Source: Geotalea daltonii FRC-32
Lineage (GTDB): Bacteria > Desulfobacterota > Desulfuromonadia > Geobacterales > Geobacteraceae
DNA: 32,000 nucleotides
Direction: 5' to 3'
Assembly (NCBI RefSeq): GCF_000022265.1
Contig: NC_011979.1
Location: 1,380,001 to 1,412,000, forward strand
The notes below the pieces were generated by a model. The model was given only the letters and a program-made list of their open reading frames with translations, ran no database searches and was not told where the DNA came from. Positions 24,338-32,000 of this stretch are shown here, in pieces (position 1 is the stretch's first letter; each line of letters begins with the position of its first letter). The translations under genes were made by a program, and so were the position numbers.

Positions 24338-24892
24338 ATGGCAGATCCATTTATCGGAGAAATCCGTGCCTTTGCCTTTACCTATGCCCCCTATGGCTGG
24401 GCCACCTGCGACGGACAGATCATGAACGTTCAGCAGAATACGGCACTGTTTTCCATAATCAGTAACACCTATGGCGGTGATGGCAGAACCACCTTCGGCC
24501 TGCCGAACCTGTCCGGACGGGCACCCATGGGCTTCGGCACCGGGCCGGCGCTGACCCCCCAGACTTTGGGCCAGTCACTGGGCGAAGCCTCGGTATCGCT
24601 GGCAACCAACAACTTTCCCCCCCATACCCACGGTTTCAATGCGGTGTCCAATACCACTGCTACACTGGCGACAGCAGCCGACAGCTATGTGGCAAAGGCG
24701 CCGTCATCGGGAAAGCCTCCTGTCACCACCAACTCATTCCAGCCGTCGGCCTCCGCAGGGACCCAGTTGGCGGCAGATGCCGTCCTACTGGCAGGAACTG
24801 CGCCCGGAACAATGCCGCACAAGAACATGCAGCCCTACCTGCCGGTTCTGCTCTGTATCGCCCTTAGCGGCATATACCCGGCCAGACCTTAA
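24338..24892 (+). CDS. Phage-tail-collar-domain protein, paralogue 3
   Basis: 184 aa. FIGEIRAFAFTYAPYGWATCDGQ, LPNLSGR, PPHTH, HKNMQPYLPVLLCIALSGIYPAR. RBS AAGGAGAG. Confidence 0.88.
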   Translation: MADPFIGEIRAFAFTYAPYGWATCDGQIMNVQQNTALFSIISNTYGGDGRTTFGLPNLSGRAPMGFGTGPALTPQTLGQSLGEASVSLATNNFPPHTHGFNAVSNTTATLATAADSYVAKAPSSGKPPVTTNSFQPSASAGTQLAADAVLLAGTAPGTMPHKNMQPYLPVLLCIALSGIYPARP

Positions 24893-24904
24893 CAGGAACA
24901 TTCG

Positions 24905-24943
24905 GTAACCGGAGAGAGAACGGCACGTTCTCTCTCCGGTTAC
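24905..24943 (+). terminator. Perfect 18-bp stem hairpin after the tail-collar genes (no U tract)
   Basis: GTAACCGGAGAGAGAACG (24905-24922), loop GCA, CGTTCTCTCTCCGGTTAC (24926-24943). Begins 13 nt after the stop. Confidence 0.45.
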
Positions 24944-25091
24944 ACCTGACGACGGACAGTTGCACCTTTGAACATCGAATATACCCATGCCTCTAGGCCG
25001 TGAGTGCGGCATGTACCTATATTATGCAGGACCCGCAGCGTGCATTGAAATGGAACATGTCAGTTCCAATGCGTCACAAAAGGAGATCCCC

Positions 25092-28000
25092 ATGTTGAAG
25101 CGATCATTTGTCACTCTAATGGTCATTATGTTTGCAGCTTTTTGGTGCGGTCATGCAGACGCAGGCATCATCGGCACAGGCAACGGCACCTATGACTTCA
25201 GCAACGGCAATTCGGGCGCCAACGGAGGCATTGGCACAGACAACACCGCGGGAGCCGGGTTTGCCACCTTTTCCGACAAATTCGTCCTCAGTAACGGTAT
25301 GTTGATCGACGACCTGGTGCTGACCTCCATCTGGGCCGGCAATCAGCAAACTGCCTTCACTACCGGGTCGTTTACCGTAAAAGCGGAAGGGGGATCGACC
25401 TGCAAGACCTTCACCTTCAAGGACCTGGCGATTCACGACTATGACGGCTCCACCAATTTGGAGTCCATCACCGTCACGACCAAGCGGGCTGACGGTTCGA
25501 CCATCGCCACCCATGCCTCGGGTGTTCTCAGTTTCAACTCCACCACTCCCACACAACTGAGCACGCTTATAAACGGCGGCACTCAGTTCAATGACGCTTA
25601 TGTCGATTCGATTGTCATAAACTGGACCTTTCAAGGGGGAGCAGCCCCTTCGAACCTTAATTTCGACAACATTACCATAGCCGATGTGGCAGCACCGCCA
25701 GCGCCGACCGTAACCGGCATCGCTCCCACCTCCGGGCCAACCGCCGGAAACACCAGCGTCACTATCACCGGCACCGGTTTCGTGAACGGCGCGACAGTGA
25801 CCATAGGCGGCGCAAGCGCCACCGGGGTAACCTGGAACAGCGCCACCTCGATTTCGGCGACAACTCCGTCAGGTACTGCCGGAGCAAAAAATGTGGTAGT
25901 CACCAATCCCGATACGCAGAGCGGGACTCTGAGCGGCGGCTTTACCTATGTGGCCAACACCGCCCCGACCTTCGTCGGTGGCGTTACTACCCTGACAGTG
26001 AACCAGAACGCTTCCGCCACCGACATCAAGGGGCTGCTGCATGTCAGCGACACCGATCCCAGTCAGACCCTTACCTGGAGCCAGAGCGCTGCCCCGAGCC
26101 ATGGCACGCTCAGTGTTTCCAGTGCCACGGCCTCTTCAGGTTCCACCGACATCACCCCGGGTGGCGCCATTACCTACCAGCCCACCGGCGGCTACAGCGG
26201 CAGCGACAGTTTCACCGTCCAGGTCAGCGACGGCAATGGAGGAACGGCTACCCGCACGATCACGGTGACGATAAATCCTTTCTACACCGTCACATACAAC
26301 GGCAACGGCAGCACCGGCGGGACAGTCCCTGTTGACGGGAGCAGCCCCTACGTGACGGGCAGCACCGTCACCGTGATCGGTAACACCGGCTCGCTGGTTA
26401 AAGCGGGCTTCACCTTTGCCGGTTGGAACACGATGGCCAACGGCAGCGGTACCACCTATGCCGCGGGAACTCCCTTCACCATAAGCGGCAACACCACCCT
26501 TTACGCCAAATGGATCGGCACCGTCACCTACAACGGTAACGGCAATAACGGCGGCACAGTACCCACCGATGCCACCCTCTACCTGCCGGGAGACCTCGTC
26601 ACCGCTGCCGCCAACAGCGGCAGCCTGACCAGGGCCGGCTACACCTTCGCCGGCTGGAACACCCTGGCCGACGGGACCGGCACAACCTATACCGCGGGCA
26701 GCGGCACTTTTGCCATGGCTGGGCATATCACCCTGTACGCCAAGTGGACCGCTGCCGTCACCTATAATGGCAACGGTAACACCGGCGGCACAGCTCCCAC
26801 CGACGCCACAGCCTATCTGAGCGGGACCACGGTAACTGTTCTCGGCAATACCGGAACACTGGTGAGAACCGGTTATACCTTTGCCGGCTGGAACACCTTG
26901 GCCAACGGCACCGGTACCAGCTACGCCGCCGCAGATACCTTCTCCATCGCCGGCAACACCACCCTCTACGCCAAGTGGACCGCCACCGTCACCTACAACG
27001 GCAACGGTAACACCGGCGGCGTTGCACCGACAGACGCAAGCAGCTCCTATGTGGCAGGGGCTACGGCAACCGTTCTCGGCAACACAGGAACGCTGACCAG
27101 GACCGGCTACACATTTAATGGATGGAATAGTGCTGCCAATGGCAGCGGAACAGACTATTCTCCCGGCGCTACCTTTGCCATATCCGGCAATCTTACCCTT
27201 TACGCCAAATGGACCGGAACGGTCACTTACAACGGTAACGGCAACACCGGCGGTACAGTTCCCACCGATGCCACCGGTTACCTGCCGGGAGACACCGTCA
27301 CCGCCGCCGCCAACAGCGGTACATTGGTGAAGACAGGCTACACATTCAGCGGCTGGAACACTCTGGCCGATGGCACCGGCACTACCTATGCCGAAGGCAG
27401 CACCTTCAACATGGCAGGGCACATCACCCTTTACGCCAAATGGACCGCTGCTGTCACCTACAACGGTAACGGCAACACCGGCGGAGCTGCTCCCACCGAC
27501 GCCACAGCCTATCTGAGCGGGGCCACGGTTACTGTTCTTGGCAATACGGGAACACTGGTGAGAACAGGCTACACCTTCAGTGGATGGAACACCCTTGCCA
27601 ATGGCACCGGCACCAGCTACGCCGCCGCAGATACCTTCTCCATCACCGGCAACACCACCCTCTATGCCAAGTGGACCGCCACCGTCACCTACAACGGCAA
27701 CGGTAACACTGGTGGAGCCGTGCCAACCGACGGTAGCAACCCCTATGTGGCCGGAGCCACTGTGACCGTCCTCGGTAATACTGGATCACTGGTGAGAACC
27801 AATTATTCATTTGTCGGCTGGAATACCCTGGCAAACGGCAGCGGCACCCCCTACGCCCCAGGCGCAACCTTTACAATGACCGGCGACATCACCCTTTATG
27901 CGCAGTGGTTGGGAATCCCTGTTGCTACGGCAGCCTCTTCAGTTAACTTCTCCGGCTTCACCGCCAACTGGGGTGCTGTTGCAGGCGCATCCGGCTACTA

Positions 28001-31000
28001 TCTCGACGTGGCTACCGACATCGGTTTCACCACCTTTGTCACCGGCTTCAACAATCTTGATGTGGGGAATGCCACGACCAAAGCAGTCACCGCTCTTTCG
28101 TCCGGCACCCCCTACTGGTACCGCGTCCGGGCCTACAGCGCCAGCGGCACCAGCGCCGATTCCAACACAATCAACCCCACAACCGCCACCACCCGCACCG
28201 TTATCAACACCAACGACAGCGGAGCAGGATCGCTCCGCCAGGCCATCATTGACGCCAACCCGGGCGACCAGATCACCTTTGACGCAAGCCTGAATGGCCA
28301 GACAATCACCCTTGCTTCAGCTCTGACTATCGGCAAGGATCTGACCATCAGCGGACCCGGTGCAAAGAACCTTACCATCAGCGGTAACAATGCTACCCGG
28401 ATATTCACAGTAAACGGGGGAAATTTGACCCTGCAGGACCTGACCATTGCCAACGGCAGCGCTGGTGATGGTGGTGCGATGCATAACACAGCTACCACAA
28501 CCATCGAAAGATGCGTCTTCAGCGGAAACCTGGCAACCAACGCCGGCGGCGCGGTAATTGCGTACGGCACTATGACAATTAAGGACAGCTCGTTCACGGG
28601 CAACAGCGCCCTGAATTACGGGGGTGCCATTTATAGTGACTGTAACTTTTCAATGACCAACGTCACCATAAACAACAACAGCGCGGGCATAGATGGCGGC
28701 GGAATATATTTTATGAACGACCCGGCTGCCATCTCTAATACCACTATTGCAGGGAATAGTGCCTCGATCAATGGGGGAGGGATAGCTAATAACGGGGGAG
28801 CAGTCAGCCTGAAAAACAGCATCGTCGCCAACAACAGTGCCCCGTCCGGTCCGGATATTTACGGTAGTCCTGTCACTTCCCAGGGATACAACCTGATCGG
28901 GAACACCTCAGGCGCATCAATCGCTGGAGACACCACAGGCAATATTACCAATCAAAACCCGTTCCTCGGCCCCTTGGCCGACAACGGCGGACCGACCCAG
29001 ACGATGATGCTGCTCAACGGCTCCCCGGCCATTGACGCCGGTAACTGCAGCAGCGGTCCTGCCGCGGACCAGCGCGGCATGGCCAGACCCCAGGAAGGCA
29101 CTTGCGACATCGGTGCCTACGAGCGGGGCATCCCGGCAGCCGTGACGGCAACCGGCGGCACGTCACAGTCGACAACCATAAACACGGCCTTTAGCACTCC
29201 ATTTTCTGCCAAAGTCGCAGATTCTCTCGGCTTCCCCCTCGATGGCATAACAGTCACCTTTGCCGGTCCGGGGAGCGGTGCCGGTATAACCGCTGGGGGT
29301 AACGCGGCTACTAATGCCTCCGGCATCGCCTCCTTCAGCGCCTCGGCCAACGGCAATGCCGGCAGCTACTCTGTAACGGCCACCATCGGAAGCCTGACTG
29401 CCGGCTATACCCTCACCAATACGAAGGCGAACCAAACCATCACCTTTAACCCGCCAGCCAGCGCCACTTATGGGAATAGTCCCATTACCCTTACCGCCAT
29501 CGGCGGCGCCTCCGGTAGTCCGATCACCTTTGCCGTCACTAGCGGGCCGGGGAGCCTCACCGGCAATGCCCTGACCATCACCGGCGCAGGCAGCATCGTT
29601 GTCACTGCTTCCCAGGCGGGAAACTCCAATTACAGTGCTGCGGCGGATGTGCCCAGGACCATTGTCGTCGGCAAGGCAACGGCCACTGTCAACCTTTCTG
29701 GATTGAGCCAGACGTACGATGGTACGGGCAAATTAGCTTCCGTCACTACCACACCCGCGGGGCTGACGGTGAATGTTACCTATGACGGCAGTGCCACGGC
29801 ACCCAGCAATGCCGGCAGCTATGCAATCATTGCCACCATCAACGACGCCAACTACCAGGGGAGCACCAGTGGCACCCTTACCATCGGCAAGGCGGCGCAA
29901 TCGGTCACCTTCGGCACCGCCCCGGCCATTGCCTATGGCGGAACAGGTATCGTCAGTGCTACCGCCAGTTCCGGATTGACACTTAGCTTAAGCTCCACAA
30001 CGCCAACGGTTTGCACCGTCAGTGGTGCCACCGTCAGCGGCCTGGCCGCCGGCACCTGTACCATAGCCGCCGATCAGGCAGGTAACGGCAACTTCAATGC
30101 CGCAACCCAGGCCACCCAGAGCATCACCATCGGCAAGGCCAGCCAGACCATCACCTTCGGCACGGCCCCGACGGTTTTTGTCGGCACTACCGGTACTGTC
30201 AGCGCCACCGCCTCCTCTGGGTTTGCCGTAAGCTTCACCTCCACAACGCCCCTTGTCTGCACCATCAGCGGCACCGCCGTTACCGGCATATTCCCCGGCA
30301 CCTGCACCATTGCCGCCAACCAGAGCGGTAACGGCAACTATAACGCCGCAACCCAGGCGACCCAGAGTATGACAGTGACCGTTCCCTTGAGCCTGTTGCT
30401 TTCGACCCTCAGTGACGGTGCCGTCACCACCGAAACCACGGTTAATGTCTGCGGTCTGGTCAGCAACCCGACTTTCCTCAGTTCCGTGACCATCAATGGG
30501 GTCGCCATTCAGGTCAGTTCTTTCGGCCTGTTCAGCTATCCCGTGCAACTCGTGGCCGGGGCCAATACCATCACCGTCATCGCCACCAGCACCTCCGGCA
30601 ATGTCATTACCGATACCCGCACCATAATCCTCGATACTATGGCGCCTCGCCTGACCGTTACCTCTCCGCCGGACAACACGGTGGTGATCCGGCAGTTCGT
30701 CACCGTCACCGGTACCATTGTCGATTTGTTTGCCGGAAATGCAAAAATGGCCGCCGCGGATTCCGCAGGTATGACTGTCAGCTATACCGTCAACGGCTCA
30801 TCCCCCCAGGCGGCCAGCCTGACCGATACGACGTACACCTTCACCGCCCCACTGAATGAGGGGATGAACACCATCCTTATAACAGCCGTAAGCCAGACAG
30901 GAAAGACAGCGCAGGCCAAGCGGACGGCCAGTTATGTGCCTGCCTTCTCCCTGGCCGTTACCGATCCGTCCGGCGATATCCGCACGGTGCGTGATTCCTA

Positions 31001-31418
31001 TCCCCTTGCGGGAACAGTGGCGGACAATACAACTCCGGTAACTGTCACCATAAATATGGATGGCCAGACGTATACCCCGGCGGTGGTTGAGGGAGTATTC
31101 CGGCAGTTGCTGTCGTTGACCGATACCAAGGTGTACCAGGTGAGCGTTACCGGCACCGATCAGAACAGCAATACGTTGACGGTGCAGCGCAATATCATCC
31201 GCACCCTGCCGGTGGCGGTCGACGGAACGACGGAAGGTTTAAGTATTGTCGATGCGCTGCTTGCCCTGCAGATGGCGGTAGGGCTGAAAAATCAGCAACC
31301 GGACCAGGTTCTGAGGCTGGACATGGCGCCGATGGTCAACGGCGTTTCCACGGGGGACGGCGTCGTGGATATCGAGGATGCCCTGGTCATCCTGCGCCTG
31401 GTGGTGGGGCTAATCTGA
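25092..31418 (+). CDS. Giant secreted mosaic surface protein (2108 aa): signal peptide, unknown N-domain, IPT/TIG, cadherin-like Ig, 7 Listeria-Bacteroides (InlB B-repeat type) units, FN3, right-handed beta-helix, several Ig-like/MBG-like domains, dockerin-like C-terminus
   Basis: The ATG at 25092 (RBS AAAGGAGA) gives MLKRSFVTLMVIMFAAFWCGHADA. IPT: PTVTGIAPTSGPTAGNTSVTITGTGF. Repeat units: VTYNGNGNTGG...GYTFAGWNT...TLYAKW. FN3: SGYYLDVATD...YWYRVRAY. Beta-helix with GGAI-type turns, ending LADNGGPTQT..GSPAIDAG..DQRG..RP..CDIGAYE. Confidence 0.9.
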   Translation: MLKRSFVTLMVIMFAAFWCGHADAGIIGTGNGTYDFSNGNSGANGGIGTDNTAGAGFATFSDKFVLSNGMLIDDLVLTSIWAGNQQTAFTTGSFTVKAEGGSTCKTFTFKDLAIHDYDGSTNLESITVTTKRADGSTIATHASGVLSFNSTTPTQLSTLINGGTQFNDAYVDSIVINWTFQGGAAPSNLNFDNITIADVAAPPAPTVTGIAPTSGPTAGNTSVTITGTGFVNGATVTIGGASATGVTWNSATSISATTPSGTAGAKNVVVTNPDTQSGTLSGGFTYVANTAPTFVGGVTTLTVNQNASATDIKGLLHVSDTDPSQTLTWSQSAAPSHGTLSVSSATASSGSTDITPGGAITYQPTGGYSGSDSFTVQVSDGNGGTATRTITVTINPFYTVTYNGNGSTGGTVPVDGSSPYVTGSTVTVIGNTGSLVKAGFTFAGWNTMANGSGTTYAAGTPFTISGNTTLYAKWIGTVTYNGNGNNGGTVPTDATLYLPGDLVTAAANSGSLTRAGYTFAGWNTLADGTGTTYTAGSGTFAMAGHITLYAKWTAAVTYNGNGNTGGTAPTDATAYLSGTTVTVLGNTGTLVRTGYTFAGWNTLANGTGTSYAAADTFSIAGNTTLYAKWTATVTYNGNGNTGGVAPTDASSSYVAGATATVLGNTGTLTRTGYTFNGWNSAANGSGTDYSPGATFAISGNLTLYAKWTGTVTYNGNGNTGGTVPTDATGYLPGDTVTAAANSGTLVKTGYTFSGWNTLADGTGTTYAEGSTFNMAGHITLYAKWTAAVTYNGNGNTGGAAPTDATAYLSGATVTVLGNTGTLVRTGYTFSGWNTLANGTGTSYAAADTFSITGNTTLYAKWTATVTYNGNGNTGGAVPTDGSNPYVAGATVTVLGNTGSLVRTNYSFVGWNTLANGSGTPYAPGATFTMTGDITLYAQWLGIPVATAASSVNFSGFTANWGAVAGASGYYLDVATDIGFTTFVTGFNNLDVGNATTKAVTALSSGTPYWYRVRAYSASGTSADSNTINPTTATTRTVINTNDSGAGSLRQAIIDANPGDQITFDASLNGQTITLASALTIGKDLTISGPGAKNLTISGNNATRIFTVNGGNLTLQDLTIANGSAGDGGAMHNTATTTIERCVFSGNLATNAGGAVIAYGTMTIKDSSFTGNSALNYGGAIYSDCNFSMTNVTINNNSAGIDGGGIYFMNDPAAISNTTIAGNSASINGGGIANNGGAVSLKNSIVANNSAPSGPDIYGSPVTSQGYNLIGNTSGASIAGDTTGNITNQNPFLGPLADNGGPTQTMMLLNGSPAIDAGNCSSGPAADQRGMARPQEGTCDIGAYERGIPAAVTATGGTSQSTTINTAFSTPFSAKVADSLGFPLDGITVTFAGPGSGAGITAGGNAATNASGIASFSASANGNAGSYSVTATIGSLTAGYTLTNTKANQTITFNPPASATYGNSPITLTAIGGASGSPITFAVTSGPGSLTGNALTITGAGSIVVTASQAGNSNYSAAADVPRTIVVGKATATVNLSGLSQTYDGTGKLASVTTTPAGLTVNVTYDGSATAPSNAGSYAIIATINDANYQGSTSGTLTIGKAAQSVTFGTAPAIAYGGTGIVSATASSGLTLSLSSTTPTVCTVSGATVSGLAAGTCTIAADQAGNGNFNAATQATQSITIGKASQTITFGTAPTVFVGTTGTVSATASSGFAVSFTSTTPLVCTISGTAVTGIFPGTCTIAANQSGNGNYNAATQATQSMTVTVPLSLLLSTLSDGAVTTETTVNVCGLVSNPTFLSSVTINGVAIQVSSFGLFSYPVQLVAGANTITVIATSTSGNVITDTRTIILDTMAPRLTVTSPPDNTVVIRQFVTVTGTIVDLFAGNAKMAAADSAGMTVSYTVNGSSPQAASLTDTTYTFTAPLNEGMNTILITAVSQTGKTAQAKRTASYVPAFSLAVTDPSGDIRTVRDSYPLAGTVADNTTPVTVTINMDGQTYTPAVVEGVFRQLLSLTDTKVYQVSVTGTDQNSNTLTVQRNIIRTLPVAVDGTTEGLSIVDALLALQMAVGLKNQQPDQVLRLDMAPMVNGVSTGDGVVDIEDALVILRLVVGLI
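26278..27917 (+). repeat. Seven tandem coding repeats of 231-243 bp; units 2-4 and 5-7 form a 699-bp higher-order duplication
   Basis: Unit starts at 26278, 26520, 26754, 26985, 27219, 27450 and 27681. At protein level unit 2 resembles 5, unit 3 resembles 6, and unit 4 resembles 7. Confidence 0.85.
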
Positions 31419-31528
31419 CAACGCTTGTCCTTTGGCAAAGGGGGTGTGATGCATGATCATGCCGCACAAAGATCGGCCGGACTGGAATGGGATTTTGTGC
31501 TTTATCTAAAACATGAAGGAGAACGAAG

Positions 31529-32000
31529 ATGAAAAATATTATTGCGGTGGCGACTGCCGTCTTTATGGCTGCGGGTCTTTGGGGATGCGGAGGAGGCTCT
31601 TCCGAGCCTGCCGTCCAAAAACTGAGTACAGGCAAGGCGACGCTGGCATTTTCCGCCATGAGTACGGCCAAACTGGACAACTCCATCGGCGGCATCGACA
31701 TCGAGGTGGCGCTGCCGCCGGGAATGAGCATTGCCACGACCGGTGGGGGATCGGGATCTGTGGACAGCGGTTCCCTAGTTCCCGGTGCGGCTGTGCAGGG
31801 CAGCATCCTGGTCTACGGCAATTATTCCGCCTCGACGCGCAAAGCTCGGATAGCCTTCACTACCAGCAGTAACAGCTACCGTTCCGGCGAATTCCTCCGC
31901 CTGGTTTGCAGCGTCGACGGCAGTGCGAACGTCACTGCCGCCGATGTTCGGGCACTGAACAACCCGGTAGTGGTCATCAAGGCTGCAGGTTACGATGGTG
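31529..32000 (+). CDS. Lipoprotein, partial (runs off the right edge); possible cohesin-like partner of the upstream dockerin-like module
   Basis: Frame 2 is open from the ATG at 31529 (RBS AAGGAG 31516-31521) to the window end. It is not in the ORF track because it has no stop. Reads MKNIIAVATAVFMAAGLWGCGGGSSE (signal peptide plus lipobox-like LWGC), then a beta-rich sequence. Confidence 0.7.
   Translation, partial: MKNIIAVATAVFMAAGLWGCGGGSSEPAVQKLSTGKATLAFSAMSTAKLDNSIGGIDIEVALPPGMSIATTGGGSGSVDSGSLVPGAAVQGSILVYGNYSASTRKARIAFTTSSNSYRSGEFLRLVCSVDGSANVTAADVRALNNPVVVIKAAGYDG

Noticed and set aside
23256-24892. Tail-collar genes as a prophage or tailocin remnant
   Set aside because: No other phage structural, integration or lysis genes, att-like repeats or tRNA are in the surrounding 12 kb. 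The genes sit in an operon with a GNAT, and I saw no shift in base composition on inspection. A more distant phage context outside the window cannot be excluded.
24987-25091. Upstream extension of the giant ORF (MPLGRECGMYLYY...)
   Set aside because: It has no RBS. The ATG at 25092 has AAAGGAGA upstream and yields a textbook signal peptide.
26136-27422. 428-aa minus-strand ORF inside the repeat region of the giant gene
   Set aside because: It is an artefact of stop-free antisense reading of a Gly/Thr/Asn-rich tandem repeat. The + strand frame has clear domain grammar.
31513-31872. 119-aa ORF in frame 1
   Set aside because: It overlaps the better-supported frame-2 lipoprotein ORF (RBS, signal peptide, lipobox). 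Its translation is Arg/Gly/Cys-rich noise.

Overview
GC-rich (roughly 60%) chromosomal window. The gene content and order look like a Geobacter-type deltaproteobacterium, but that is inference only. Every gene I can support is on the + strand.

(1) 1-3.3 kb: glycine-cleavage genes (gcvT 3' end, gcvH, gcvPA, gcvPB), closed by an intrinsic terminator.

(2) 3.6-4.1 kb: a zinc-finger thioredoxin of the TrxC/Trx2 type. It carries one in-frame TGA exactly at the first active-site cysteine, so I predict a selenoprotein with a U-P-H-C site and a hairpin just downstream.

(3) 4.1-19.3 kb: a complete NADH:quinone oxidoreductase operon, nuoA, fused nuoBCD, nuoE, [DUF488 gene], nuoF, nuoG, nuoH, [ankyrin-repeat gene], nuoI-J-K-L-M-N.
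- Its spacers carry several short repeat families: heptanucleotide arrays, G/C-clamped palindromes, a 114-bp element with 17-bp inverted termini, and a nested-hairpin element.
- One palindrome cluster sits in frame inside nuoL.

(4) 19.3-32 kb: an accessory-looking block that starts after an AT-rich break.
- A 7TMR-DISM sensor kinase and a NarL/LuxR-type regulator, followed by a short kinase relic.
- A compact cassette: GNAT acetyltransferase, a 98-aa protein, and three tandem paralogous phage-tail-collar-domain proteins, with no other phage genes nearby.
- A strong hairpin, then a 2108-aa secreted mosaic repeat protein ending in a dockerin-like module.
- A lipoprotein gene that runs off the right edge.

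No rRNA, tRNA, CRISPR array, transposase or integrase was seen. The best candidate for an uncharacterised system is the GNAT / small protein / triple tail-collar cassette, together with its neighbouring regulator pair and the giant surface protein.
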